A stretch of 55,583 bases of DNA from Bacteroidaceae bacterium (GCA_045655845.1 JAZOPX010000029.1:1-55583), one strand, 5' to 3'. Positions 18,431 through 28,794 are shown, counted from the stretch's first letter. A program made the numbers and translations. Notes: generated by a model from the sequence alone, not told the origin.

Positions 18431-19462
18431 ATGAAAGTCGCAGTAGTAATCCTCAACTGGAATGGCGAACAGATGCTTCGTCAGTTTCTCCCCTCGGTGG
18501 TAAAGCATTCGATCTTGCCCGAGACATTGGGCGAAGCGGTGGTATATGTGGCCGATAATGGTTCTACTGATGGCTCGTTGGCCCTGCTCGATGCGGAGTT
18601 CCCCATGGTGCGAACCATCATCTTTGAAGAGAACTATGGCTTTGCCGATGGCTACAACAGAGCTTTTGAGCAGATAGATGCCGAGTATGCCGTGCTGCTC
18701 AACTCGGATGTGGAGGTTACCGAAGGGTGGCTCGTGCCGCTCGTGGAATATATGGATGAGCATCTTCAGGTGGGTGCCTGCCAGCCCAAGTTAATGGCCT
18801 ATCACCAGAAGGATGAGTTTGAGTATGCAGGTGCCATGGGTGGTTTTCTCGATCGCTATGGCTATCCCTACTGCCGTGGACGTATCTTTGATACTCTGGA
18901 GAAGGACCATGGACAATATGACGCTGATGTATCTCTCTTGTGGGCTACAGGGGCATGTCTGATGGTTCGTCTTGCTACATACAAGGAGGTTGGTGGACTT
19001 GATGGCCGTTTCTTTGCTCACATGGAGGAGATAGATCTTTGTTGGCGACTTCGTTGTCGTGGGCACGAGGTGCGCAGTGTGGCTTCGAGCGTGGTGTATC
19101 ACGTGGGAGGAGCTACACTCAACGCAGGACATCCGCGCAAGACCTTCCTCAACTTCCGCAATAACCTCCTGATGCTTTATAAAAACCTGCCCGATAGTGA
19201 CTTGCATGGCGTACTCTTCGTGCGTGCCCTGCTTGACTATGTGGCAGCAGCGATGTTCCTCCTCAAAGGAGAGTGGGATAATGTGAAGGCCGTCTTCCGT
19301 GCTCGTAAAGAGTTCCGCAAACTAAAAACGGAGTTCCGCGCCTCACGTGAAGAGAATCTACGAAAATCCGTCTCTATGAATGTGCCCGAACGTACACGGT
19401 ACTCTATCCTTTGGAAATATCATATAGGCCGTTGCCACACGTTTGACCAACTGTGGCAATGA
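18431..19462 (+). CDS. Family 2 glycosyltransferase
   Basis: The N-terminus VAVVILNWNGEQMLRQFLPSV, then ADNGSTDGS and LLNSDVEV (DxD-like), are typical of GT2. Confidence 0.85.
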   Translation: MKVAVVILNWNGEQMLRQFLPSVVKHSILPETLGEAVVYVADNGSTDGSLALLDAEFPMVRTIIFEENYGFADGYNRAFEQIDAEYAVLLNSDVEVTEGWLVPLVEYMDEHLQVGACQPKLMAYHQKDEFEYAGAMGGFLDRYGYPYCRGRIFDTLEKDHGQYDADVSLLWATGACLMVRLATYKEVGGLDGRFFAHMEEIDLCWRLRCRGHEVRSVASSVVYHVGGATLNAGHPRKTFLNFRNNLLMLYKNLPDSDLHGVLFVRALLDYVAAAMFLLKGEWDNVKAVFRARKEFRKLKTEFRASREENLRKSVSMNVPERTRYSILWKYHIGRCHTFDQLWQ

Positions 19463-19506
19463 AGTTATCATTAGAGAGAGGTTTCCGATACGGGAGCACT
19501 TCTATA

Positions 19507-19872
19507 CTATTCGAAGTCTATCTGTATATTGATTTCGCTATCTAATGGCTCGGAACCTTCCTTTAGAATATTCTCTGGCGTAAACTCTTCTTCGGATACG
19601 GTGTGCTTATACTCGCTTGTCTGATTCTCGTGGATATAACCGATGGCCTTGCTCAATCCGCCGATAAACTTGCTGAAGTCCTCTTGGTAGAGGAAAATCT
19701 TGTGTTTCTCGAATGTGAATGGTGCGTCAGGACCTTCGCCGGACGTTTTCTTCTTGCTTTCCGTGATGGAAAGAAAGAGCTCGCCGCGCTTGTTGCGCTT
19801 CACGTCAAGGTAGTAGATACGTTTGCCGGCTTTGACTGCCTGTGAGTATACGATATCCTTTTCGTTTTCCAT
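19507..19872 (-). CDS. PUR-alpha-like nucleic-acid-binding protein (DUF3276)
   Basis: The sequence KAGKRIYYLDVKRNKRGELFLSITESKK...FEKHKIFLYQEDFSKF matches the bacterial PurA/DUF3276 repeat from memory. Confidence 0.8.
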   Translation of the reverse strand: MENEKDIVYSQAVKAGKRIYYLDVKRNKRGELFLSITESKKKTSGEGPDAPFTFEKHKIFLYQEDFSKFIGGLSKAIGYIHENQTSEYKHTVSEEEFTPENILKEGSEPLDSEINIQIDFE

Positions 19873-20029
19873 GGGGTCTAGGGTTTTAGTATGTAACCAA
19901 AATCTGCAATTTGCATTAATTTAGTGCCAAAGTTGAAACATTTTTTTAAAAAAAACAAGAAAAAAGTGTTAATTCGTACTTTTTGGTGCGGAAAAAGGGG
20001 ATTCCTTGCAATGTGTCATGCAAAATGAT

Positions 20030-20037
20030 TATCTTTG
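20030..20037 (+). promoter_or_regulatory. -7 box (TATCTTTG) for thrA
   Basis: It lies 29 nt upstream of the ATG at 20066. Confidence 0.45.
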
Positions 20038-20065
20038 CAAAGTATAACGAAAAGCTAAGAAAGCG

Positions 20066-22495
20066 ATGAAGATAATGAAATTTGGCGGCACCTCGGTGGG
20101 ATCCGTCGACAGTATACTGAAGGTAAAAAAGATTGTTGAGGCCGAAAAAGAGCCTGTAATTGTCGTGGTGTCGGCATTGGGTGGTATCACCGACCAACTC
20201 ATTCGTACGGCTTCTATGGCCGCACGTGGTGATATAGCCTATGAGTCAGAGTTCAATGGCATGGTACATCGCCACGAGGATATGATACAGCAGGTGATAC
20301 CTTCTGGTAGTACAAAGCGTACGCTCGACAAAAAGATTCATGACCTACTCGACGAGCTCAAGGATATCTATCAGGGATTATATCTCCTCAAGGATATCTC
20401 TTCGAACATGGAGGACACGGTGGTGAGCTATGGCGAACGCCTGTCGAGCCTTATCGTAGGTGCTCTTATTCAGGATGCAGAAGTCTTCGACTCACGTTCG
20501 TTCATGAAAACCGAGCGCAAGCACAACAAGCACCTGCTCGACTCATCACTATCTGAGCAGCTCATCCGTGAGACTTTCCGTGAGTTGCCCAAGGTTTCTG
20601 TTGTGCCAGGCTTCATCGCTTCGGACAAGACCACGGGCCGTGTTACCAATCTCGGCCGTGGAGGATCGGACTATACTGCGGCGGTTATAGCAGCGGTGCT
20701 CGAAGCCTCTATCCTTGAGATTTGGACCGATGTGGATGGGTTCATGACTGCCGACCCGAAGGTAATCTCTACGGCCTATGCTATCGAGGAACTCAGCTAC
20801 GTAGAGGCTATGGAGTTGTGCAACTTTGGAGCCAAGGTGGTTTATCCTCCCACCATCTATCCTGCATTTCACGAGAACATACCTATATTAATTAAGAATA
20901 CATTCAACCCCGAGGCACAAGGAACCATCATCCGTGCCCAATTGAGCGACAACACTAAGCCCATCAAGGGTATCTCAAGCATCAATGACACGGCTCTCAT
21001 CACGGTGCAGGGCTTGGGTATGGTCGGTGTCATCGGTGTGAACCACCGTATCTTCCGTGCATTGGCACAGAATGGCATCAGTGTGTTCCTTGTATCGCAA
21101 GCTTCGTCTGAAAACAGCACCTCTATCGGTGTCTGCAATAGCGATGCCGAGTTGGCTTGTGAGGTGCTCAATACAGAGTTTGCCAAGGAAATCGCCACAG
21201 GCGAAATCAATCATGTAACTGCCGAGAAGGGCTTGGCTACAGTAGCTATCGTGGGCGAGAACATGAAGCATACACCAGGTATAGCCGGTAAGCTCTTCGG
21301 CACATTGGGACGTAATGGTATTAACGTAATTGCTTGTGCACAGGGTGCTTCAGAGACAAACATCTCTTTCGTGGTAGACGCTACGTGGTTGCGCAAGACC
21401 TTGAATGTTATCCACGACTCATTCTTCCTCTCCGAGTATCAGGTACTCAACCTCTTTATCTGTGGTGTGGGCACCGTAGGAGGAAGCCTTATCGAACAGA
21501 TTCGTCAACAGCGCGACAAGCTGATGTTCGAGCGCGGATTGAAACTCAATGTTGTAGGTATTGCCAGCGGCCACTATGCGGTGTTCGACCGCGAGGGTAT
21601 CGACCTCAATGACTATCGTGAGCTCCTCAAGCAAGGTGGTGAGAGTGACCTCAATCGCTTGAAGGATGAGGTCATCGGTATGAACATCTTCAACTCAGTA
21701 TTCGTCGATTGCACTGCCAGCGATGCCGTGGCGGCACTTTACAAGGATTTCCTTAATCATAATATATCTGTGGTCGCAGCCAATAAGGTCGCAGCATCAT
21801 CACTGTATGAAAACTATAAGGAGCTGAAGCAGACCGCCCGTCGTCGTGGTGTGAAGTATCTCTTCGAGACCAACGTAGGTGCTGGTCTTCCCGTCATCAA
21901 CACCATCAACGACCTCATCAATAGTGGTGACAAGATACTCCGCATCGAGGCCGTGGTGAGCGGTACGCTCAACTTCATCTTCAACACGATCAGTGAGGAC
22001 ATCAAGCTGAGCGATACCATTCGTCTGGCTAAGGAGAAGGGCTACAGCGAGCCCGACCCCCGTATCGACCTTTCAGGTAAGGACGTTATTCGCAAGCTCG
22101 TGATTCTTGCCCGTGAGGCAGGCTATCCTATCGAGCAAGACGACGTAGAGAAGCACCTTTTCATCCCACAGGAGTTGTTTGATGGTTCGCTCGATGAATT
22201 TTGGGCAAAGGTACCTTCGCTCGATGCCGACTTCGAGGAGCGTCGTCAGCGTCTTGTAGCTGAGGGTAAGCGTTGGCGCTTTGTGGCCCGTCTTGATGAG
22301 GGTAAGGCAACCGTATCGTTGGAGGAGGTGAACCAATGGCATCCCTTCTACAACCTTGAGGGTAGCAACAACATCATCCTCCTTACCACCGAACGTTATA
22401 AGGAATATCCTATGATGATTCAGGGCTACGGTGCTGGTGCCAGCGTGACGGCTGCCGGTGTCTTTGCCGATATCATGTCGATTGCGAATATTTAA
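20066..22495 (+). CDS. thrA: Bifunctional aspartate kinase / homoserine dehydrogenase I
   Basis: The protein is 809 aa. It has the KFGGTSVG kinase N-terminus, ACT-like middle region and a homoserine dehydrogenase C-terminal half (GVGTVGG..., GAGLPVI). Confidence 0.95.
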   Translation: MKIMKFGGTSVGSVDSILKVKKIVEAEKEPVIVVVSALGGITDQLIRTASMAARGDIAYESEFNGMVHRHEDMIQQVIPSGSTKRTLDKKIHDLLDELKDIYQGLYLLKDISSNMEDTVVSYGERLSSLIVGALIQDAEVFDSRSFMKTERKHNKHLLDSSLSEQLIRETFRELPKVSVVPGFIASDKTTGRVTNLGRGGSDYTAAVIAAVLEASILEIWTDVDGFMTADPKVISTAYAIEELSYVEAMELCNFGAKVVYPPTIYPAFHENIPILIKNTFNPEAQGTIIRAQLSDNTKPIKGISSINDTALITVQGLGMVGVIGVNHRIFRALAQNGISVFLVSQASSENSTSIGVCNSDAELACEVLNTEFAKEIATGEINHVTAEKGLATVAIVGENMKHTPGIAGKLFGTLGRNGINVIACAQGASETNISFVVDATWLRKTLNVIHDSFFLSEYQVLNLFICGVGTVGGSLIEQIRQQRDKLMFERGLKLNVVGIASGHYAVFDREGIDLNDYRELLKQGGESDLNRLKDEVIGMNIFNSVFVDCTASDAVAALYKDFLNHNISVVAANKVAASSLYENYKELKQTARRRGVKYLFETNVGAGLPVINTINDLINSGDKILRIEAVVSGTLNFIFNTISEDIKLSDTIRLAKEKGYSEPDPRIDLSGKDVIRKLVILAREAGYPIEQDDVEKHLFIPQELFDGSLDEFWAKVPSLDADFEERRQRLVAEGKRWRFVARLDEGKATVSLEEVNQWHPFYNLEGSNNIILLTTERYKEYPMMIQGYGAGASVTAAGVFADIMSIANI

Positions 22496-22498
22496 GCA

Positions 22499-23713
22499 AT
22501 GAAATATCTGATTATTCTTGGTGACGGTATGGCCGATTGGGCCGTACCGTCCTTGGGTAATAAGACCCTGCTTCAGTATGCCGATACCCCTAATATGGAC
22601 CGATTGGCCCGGTTGGGGCGCACGGGTATGCTCAAGACTGTAGCCGATGGATTCCATCCCGGTAGCGAGGTGGCCAACATGTCGGTCTTGGGTTACGATA
22701 TGCCCACGGTGTATGAGGGTAGGGGGGTGCTTGAGGCTGCCAATATTGGTATAGATCTTGCAGAAGATGAGATTGCAGCCCGTTGCAACCTTGTGTGTAT
22801 CGAGGGGGATATTCTCAAGAACCACTCTTCGGGACATATTACTACCGAGGAGGCAGACGTACTCATCCAATACCTTCAGGAGGAGTTGGGCGACGAACGC
22901 ATCAGTTTTCACACAGGTGTACAATATCGTCATCTGCTTGTCGTCAAGGGAGGAGATAAACGATTGGATTGCACGCCTCCTCACGATGTCCCCTTACAGC
23001 CCTTCCGTCCTTTGATGGTCAAGGCTGAAGTGCCCGAGGCACAGTCTACGGCCGATCTCGTCAACGACCTCATCCTTCGTTCGCAAGCCCTACTGTCCGA
23101 ACATCCGCTCAACAAGAAACGTATTGCCGAAGGTAAAGATCCAGCTAACTCCATTTGGCCCTGGTCGTTCGGCAATCGTCCCCATATGAGTCCTCTATGT
23201 AAGATGTATCCTCAGTTGGGTCGTGGCTCGGTAATCTCTGCCGTTGACCTCATCAATGGCATTGGCTACTATGCCGGTTTGCGTCGTATTGCCGTCGAAG
23301 GTGCTACGGGACTCTACGACACCAACTATGAGAACAAGGCTGCCGCGGCCATCGAGGCACTGAAGACCGACGACTTCGTATACCTCCATATCGAAGCCAG
23401 CGATGAGGCAGGTCACGAGGGAGATATAGCACTCAAGCTGCGTACTATCGAGAACCTCGATCATCGCGCCGTAGGCCCCATCATGAAGGCTCTGGAGATA
23501 TGGAACGAACCCGTTGCCATTGCCATCCTTCCCGACCATCCCACTCCCTGTGCACACCGCACCCATACCGCTGAGCCTGTCCCCTTCGTTATCTACTATC
23601 CTGGTATCGAGCCTGATAGTGTGCGGACCTTTGATGAGGTGTCCTGTCAGCAAGGTGCTTATGGTCTGCTCGAAAAGGATGAGTTCATCAAGCACTTTGT
23701 CACCCTGTCCTAA
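22499..23713 (+). CDS. ApgM-type cofactor-independent phosphoglycerate mutase family protein (possible homoserine kinase analogue)
   Basis: The GDGMAD N-terminal motif and HIEASDEAGHEGD metal site are present. It starts 3 nt after the thrA stop. Confidence 0.85.
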   Translation: MKYLIILGDGMADWAVPSLGNKTLLQYADTPNMDRLARLGRTGMLKTVADGFHPGSEVANMSVLGYDMPTVYEGRGVLEAANIGIDLAEDEIAARCNLVCIEGDILKNHSSGHITTEEADVLIQYLQEELGDERISFHTGVQYRHLLVVKGGDKRLDCTPPHDVPLQPFRPLMVKAEVPEAQSTADLVNDLILRSQALLSEHPLNKKRIAEGKDPANSIWPWSFGNRPHMSPLCKMYPQLGRGSVISAVDLINGIGYYAGLRRIAVEGATGLYDTNYENKAAAAIEALKTDDFVYLHIEASDEAGHEGDIALKLRTIENLDHRAVGPIMKALEIWNEPVAIAILPDHPTPCAHRTHTAEPVPFVIYYPGIEPDSVRTFDEVSCQQGAYGLLEKDEFIKHFVTLS

Positions 23714-23731
23714 ATAGAAACCATAGCCTGT

Positions 23732-24823
23732 ATGAATCGCTTTATCCTATACATAGCCATAGCGCTGACCACGATGTGCATGTTCGTCTCATGTCATAGT
23801 AAGGTGCATGTTGGAGAGGTTTCCCAAGGCGACACCTTGAAGTTGAGCTACGCAGAGTATCTTACCATCATCGAGCATGGCGAATATACAGAGGTTCATA
23901 TTAGCAGCCCATGGAGCAAGGGCAAGTTATTGCAGACGCTACGTGTGCCCTCACCGGTACCTTGTAGAGCCCTCTTCTTTACAACAACTCATAGTAGCCT
24001 TATGGAGGAACTGGGTGCCTTGGATGCCATTGTAGGTATCTGCGAGGCCGAGTATGTGGCAAATCCCCGCTTGCGCCAGGCCTTGTCCGATGGACGTATA
24101 AAGGATATGGGTAGTGCCATGGTTCCTAACCGTGAGCGCATAGCGGGTTTAGCCCCCGATATAATCCTATTGTCGCCCTATGAAAATGCTGCCACTTATG
24201 GCAACCTCGAATCGTTAGGCGTACCCATCATCCAGTGTGCCGATTATATGGAGACTTCGGCTTTGGGACGTGCTGAATGGATACGCTTCTATGGTCGCCT
24301 ATTTGGAAAGGCACGTGAGGCCGACTCCCTCTTTGCTGTCATCGAGAGTGAATATATGTCCCTTAAATCCCTCACCGATAGTATAGATGCGGCAGCTTGC
24401 CCTTCCGTGCTTTTCGATATGCGTAATGGTTCGGCGTGGTATGTGCCAGGTGGACGTAGTACTATGGCTCAGCTTGTCGATGATGCGGGTGGACGCTACC
24501 TGTTTTCCGACAATACCAAGAGCGGTTCACTGCCACTTTCCTTCGAGCGAGTGATTGGTCGGGGAGGCGAAGCCGACGTGTGGCTCATCCGCTACAACGA
24601 TGGCCGGACGCGAATGACACTCCAAACTTTTGGCAAGTCTTATCAGCCCTACACGCTCTTCAAGGCCTATCGGGAGGGAAATGTCTATGGTTGCAACTCG
24701 GCAGAGCTGACCTTCCATGAGGAGACTCCCTTCCATCCCGAACGTCTCTTGCGTGACTATATCCGCATCCTGCATCCTGAACTATTGCCCGGCGACACGT
24801 TGCGTTATTTCCATAAATTGTAG
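23732..24823 (+). CDS. ABC transporter substrate-binding lipoprotein (BtuF/FhuD, Peripla_BP_2-like)
   Basis: It has a lipoprotein signal (MCMFVSC). The regions DAIVGICE...IKDMG...LAPDIILLSPYE...GVPIIQCADYME...RAEWIRFYGRLFG are typical of the iron/cobalamin-type binding-protein fold. Confidence 0.8.
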   Translation: MNRFILYIAIALTTMCMFVSCHSKVHVGEVSQGDTLKLSYAEYLTIIEHGEYTEVHISSPWSKGKLLQTLRVPSPVPCRALFFTTTHSSLMEELGALDAIVGICEAEYVANPRLRQALSDGRIKDMGSAMVPNRERIAGLAPDIILLSPYENAATYGNLESLGVPIIQCADYMETSALGRAEWIRFYGRLFGKAREADSLFAVIESEYMSLKSLTDSIDAAACPSVLFDMRNGSAWYVPGGRSTMAQLVDDAGGRYLFSDNTKSGSLPLSFERVIGRGGEADVWLIRYNDGRTRMTLQTFGKSYQPYTLFKAYREGNVYGCNSAELTFHEETPFHPERLLRDYIRILHPELLPGDTLRYFHKL

Positions 24824-24829
24824 TGTACG

Positions 24830-25837
24830 ATGAAACGTCTTCCATTCTGTCTTTTCCTCCTATGTGTCGTAGTACTCTTCGTGGCCAATTTGTTATATGG
24901 TGCAGAGAAGATTCCTGCGAGCGATGTGCTATCCATTCTTTTAGGAGGAGAGGGCGAACAAGCCTCATGGAGTTACATCATTTGGGAATCGCGTCTTCCT
25001 CAAGCCCTTACGGCCTTGCTTACGGGTATGGCACTATCGGCATCGGGCTTGATGTTGCAGACGGCATTCAATAATCCTTTGGCAGGTCCTGACATCCTCG
25101 GTATTAATGCGGGTGCAGGTCTTGGAGCTGCTATCGTATTGCTTTTATTCGGAGGTGTTATTCCTATGGGTAATTCCTTTCTCGGTGGATCGCTTGCCCT
25201 CGTGGGAGCTGCTTTCTTGGGTGCTCTTATAGTTACTCTATTTATTTTGGCATTTGCCTCGCGACTACGTAATCATGCCATGCTCCTCATTATTGGTATG
25301 ATGGTGGGATATGTCGTATCGTCGGTCGTGTCGCTTCTTAACTTCTTCTCTACAGCCGAAGGCGTCCAATCCTATATGATGTGGGGTATGGGTAACTTCG
25401 GAGGTGTGTCGCGTGCCCAGTTGCCCTTGTTCGCTCTACTTGTTGTCGTAGGTCTTTCTATTGCTGTGGGACTCATAAAACCACTCAATGCCTTGCTCCT
25501 TGGCGAGCGTTATGCTCGTAACCTGGGAGTCAATATCCGTCGTGTGCGCACCTTGCTCCTCATTTCTACAGGTTTGCTCGTAGCTGTCACCACGGCATAT
25601 TGTGGCCCCATAAACTTTATTGGGCTCTCGGTGCCTCATATCGCTCGTCTTGTACTTGGTACCGACAACCATCGTTCCCTTATGCCCGCCACGTTGCTAA
25701 CGGGAGGAGTTATCTCCCTGCTATGCAATCTCCTCTGTCTCTTGCCAGGCGACAATGGACTCTTGCCCCTCAATGCCATAACACCTATCATCGGTGCTCC
25801 TATCATCATCTACGTTATTTTGAGCCGACGAAAGTAA
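24830..25837 (+). CDS. FecCD/BtuC-family ABC transporter permease
   Basis: It is polytopic. The sequences RLPQALTALLTGMALSASGLMLQTAFNNPLAGPDILGINAGAG and the C-terminal ITPIIGAPIIIYVIL are FecCD hallmarks. Confidence 0.9.
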   Translation: MKRLPFCLFLLCVVVLFVANLLYGAEKIPASDVLSILLGGEGEQASWSYIIWESRLPQALTALLTGMALSASGLMLQTAFNNPLAGPDILGINAGAGLGAAIVLLLFGGVIPMGNSFLGGSLALVGAAFLGALIVTLFILAFASRLRNHAMLLIIGMMVGYVVSSVVSLLNFFSTAEGVQSYMMWGMGNFGGVSRAQLPLFALLVVVGLSIAVGLIKPLNALLLGERYARNLGVNIRRVRTLLLISTGLLVAVTTAYCGPINFIGLSVPHIARLVLGTDNHRSLMPATLLTGGVISLLCNLLCLLPGDNGLLPLNAITPIIGAPIIIYVILSRRK

Positions 25838-25886
25838 GGGTGAGGAAGACATGCAATCTGTTGTGTCTCGGAAAACTATAAATATA

Positions 25887-25918
25887 TTTGGGTTTTCGCT
25901 CGGTTTACTCTAATTTTG
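25887..25918 (+). promoter_or_regulatory. Bacteroidota promoter for metA: -33 TTTG plus -7 TAATTTTG
   Basis: TTTG lies at 25887-25890 and TAATTTTG at 25911-25918, a 20-nt spacing. The box is 25 nt upstream of the ATG at 25943. Confidence 0.5.
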
Positions 25919-25942
25919 TACTTTCAATAAGAAAATGATACT

Positions 25943-26860
25943 ATGCCACTAACACTACCCGATAAGTTGCCTGCCATCGAATTGCTTAAGCAGGAGAATA
26001 TCTTCGTAATGGATACGACACGTGCTGCCTCGCAGGATATTCGTCCTCTGCGCATCGCAGTTCTCAATCTTATGCCGTTAAAAATTACCACCGAGACTGA
26101 TCTCGTACGCTTGCTTTCCAACTCTCCTTTGCAGATTGAGCTGAGCTTCATGAAGGTAAAGAGCCACACCTCGAAGAACACTCCCGTCGAGCACATGCAA
26201 GCGTTTTACACAGACTTTGAGGAGATGCGTCACCATAAGTACGATGGCTTCATTATCACCGGTGCTCCTGTAGAGCATATGGACTTCGAGGAAGTCACCT
26301 ATTGGGATGAGATGGTTGAGATTTTCGATTGGGCACGCCATAACGTGACCTCTACACTCTATATTTGCTGGGCTGCACAAGCAGGCCTGTATCACCACTA
26401 TGGTATACCCAAGTATCCTTTGGATAAGAAAATGTTTGGCATCTTCAAACACCGCGTCAACAATCCAGAATTACCCCTTTTCCGTGGCTTCGATGATGAG
26501 TTCTCCATTCCTCATAGCCGTCATACTGAGGTGCGTCGCGAGGATATGGAGCACTGTGCCGAGCTCGACATTTTGGCGGAAAGCGACGAGAGTGGTGTGT
26601 CGGTGGTGATGGCTCGTGGAGGCCGTGAGATTTTCCTCACAGGCCACTCCGAGTATTCTCCCTTGACGCTCGATACTGAATATAAGCGTGACCTTGGCAA
26701 GGGACTCCCTATTGAGATGCCCAAGCATTATTATCGTAATGATGACCCTTCGCAAGCCCCCGTTGTGACCTGGCGCGGCCACGCCAACCTGCTCTTTAAT
26801 AATTGGCTCAACTATTACGTATATCAAACAACGCCCTATAAGTTGGAAGACATAAAATGA
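25943..26860 (+). CDS. metA: Homoserine O-acyltransferase MetA
   Basis: The protein is 305 aa. The sequences RPLRIAVLNLMP, GFIITGAP and LYICWAAQAG (catalytic Cys) are present. Confidence 0.95.
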   Translation: MPLTLPDKLPAIELLKQENIFVMDTTRAASQDIRPLRIAVLNLMPLKITTETDLVRLLSNSPLQIELSFMKVKSHTSKNTPVEHMQAFYTDFEEMRHHKYDGFIITGAPVEHMDFEEVTYWDEMVEIFDWARHNVTSTLYICWAAQAGLYHHYGIPKYPLDKKMFGIFKHRVNNPELPLFRGFDDEFSIPHSRHTEVRREDMEHCAELDILAESDESGVSVVMARGGREIFLTGHSEYSPLTLDTEYKRDLGKGLPIEMPKHYYRNDDPSQAPVVTWRGHANLLFNNWLNYYVYQTTPYKLEDIK

Positions 26861-26895
26861 GGGCTTCCTAATCCTTCGATGAGGGGGATTTAATA

Positions 26896-28794
26896 ATGAT
26901 GACCGAAAAAGAACATAATGCATGTACGGCTTCTAAGGCCGGGGCGAAGCCTACCATTGAGCTCCTTGCTCCTGCAAAGAATCTCGAATGTGGCATCGAG
27001 GCTATCCGGCATGGTGCCGATGCCATCTATATAGGTGCTCCTAAGTACGGAGCCCGTGCGGCGGCAGGTAACTCTCTTGACGACCTTCGTCAATTGGCTG
27101 AGTATGCCCATCTGTTTGGGGCCAAGGTATACGTAACGCTCAATACCATTATCTACGACGATGAATTGACTGAGGTCGAGGACTTAGTATGGGAGCTCTA
27201 CCGTATTGGCATCGATGCTCTTATCGTACAGGATATGGCCCTGCTCACGATGAAGCTGCCTCCTATAGAGTTGCATGCTAGCACGCAAACAGACAATCGT
27301 ACACCAGAAAAGGTGCGGTTCCTCTATGAGAATGGCTTCTCGCAGGTAGTGCTTGCTCGTGAACTTTCATTACAAGATATCGAAGCCATCCATCGTGCCT
27401 GTCCTGTGCCGCTCGAAGCCTTCGTGCATGGGGCGCTCTGCGTGAGCTATAGTGGGCAGTGCTACGCCTCGCAAGCCTGCTTTGGTCGCAGTGCCAATCG
27501 TGGCGAGTGTGCTCAGTTTTGCCGTCTTCCCTTCGATCTCGTTGATGCTGACAATCGTATTATCGAACGTGGCCGTCACCTGCTCTCGTTGAAGGATATG
27601 AACCGTAGTGCCCACCTCGAGGCCATGATGGATGCCGGTGTGAGATCGTTCAAGATTGAGGGGCGCCTCAAGGATGTTTCCTATGTGAAGAATGTTGTCG
27701 CCTACTACCGTCAGGCCATCGATGCCATCCTAACCCGCCGTCCCGAGTATGCGCGTGCCTCTCAGGGAGTGAGCACCTATACCTTTATTCCCCAACTCGA
27801 CAAGAGTTTCAATCGCGGATTCACTGACTACTTCATCACAGGCGAACGCTCCGAGGTCTATTCCTTCGCCACGCCTAAGGCGGTAGGAGAGCCCGTAGGG
27901 TATGTCAATGAGGTGGGGCGAGGCTATGTGACCGTGTCATCCACTCAGACTTTTCACAATGGTGATGGTTTCTGCTTTATTGACGACCAGGGACAACTCC
28001 GGGGATTTCGTGTCAACAGGGTAGAGGGCACCCGTCTTTATCCCAAAGATATGCCGCGTATGTTGCGTGTGCGTACCCCGCTCTTTCGTAACTATGACCA
28101 AGAATTTGAGCGTCTCTTGTCACGCCCTTCGGCCGAACGCCGTATCCCCGTTGATATACTCTTGCGAGACACATCCCAGGGATTCTCACTCACGATGACC
28201 GACGAGCAAGGTGGAGAACTCACTGTAAACCTCGTTCGAGACAAGGAACTTGCCCGCAGCGAGCAACGTGCCGGTATTGAGAACCAACTCTCCAAATTGG
28301 GCGGTACCATCTTTGTGGCCCGTAAGATTAAGATTGAATTCTCTGATAATTGGTTTATCCCTTCATCTATTCTTGCTGATCTTCGCCGTACAGTCGTGGA
28401 GGAGAAAACCGCTTCTCTCTCTCGGAAAGAGCGGACATGCGAGCGTAGTAAGGAGAAGCAATCGTCTATAGATTGTGGAGCAGTATCCTCCTCTCGTGGG
28501 AGGGTTAGTGGTCCTCTCACTTATCTCTCCAATGTGGCTAATCATCGTGCTATGGATTTCTATCGTGCTTGTGGTGCAGAGGATGTTGCTCCTGCCTATG
28601 AGCTTAGTGCACCTCGCAAGGCTACGTTGATGTTCTGTCGTCATTGCTTGCGCTATGCTATGGGGTGGTGTCCTCATCGTGGAGGGAAGCCCTCGCCTTA
28701 TCGTGAACCCTATACGTTGGTTTCTGCCGATGGTAAGCGATTTGCCCTCACTTTCGATTGTAAAGAGTGTGTGATGCTGGTGAAAGAAAAGTGA
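26896..28794 (+). CDS. Long-form peptidase U32 family protein (YdcP/RlhA-like architecture)
   Basis: The U32 signature EAFVHGALCVSYSGQCYAS is present. It has a roughly 630-aa long form with a Cys-containing C-terminal extension. Confidence 0.85.
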   Translation: MMTEKEHNACTASKAGAKPTIELLAPAKNLECGIEAIRHGADAIYIGAPKYGARAAAGNSLDDLRQLAEYAHLFGAKVYVTLNTIIYDDELTEVEDLVWELYRIGIDALIVQDMALLTMKLPPIELHASTQTDNRTPEKVRFLYENGFSQVVLARELSLQDIEAIHRACPVPLEAFVHGALCVSYSGQCYASQACFGRSANRGECAQFCRLPFDLVDADNRIIERGRHLLSLKDMNRSAHLEAMMDAGVRSFKIEGRLKDVSYVKNVVAYYRQAIDAILTRRPEYARASQGVSTYTFIPQLDKSFNRGFTDYFITGERSEVYSFATPKAVGEPVGYVNEVGRGYVTVSSTQTFHNGDGFCFIDDQGQLRGFRVNRVEGTRLYPKDMPRMLRVRTPLFRNYDQEFERLLSRPSAERRIPVDILLRDTSQGFSLTMTDEQGGELTVNLVRDKELARSEQRAGIENQLSKLGGTIFVARKIKIEFSDNWFIPSSILADLRRTVVEEKTASLSRKERTCERSKEKQSSIDCGAVSSSRGRVSGPLTYLSNVANHRAMDFYRACGAEDVAPAYELSAPRKATLMFCRHCLRYAMGWCPHRGGKPSPYREPYTLVSADGKRFALTFDCKECVMLVKEK

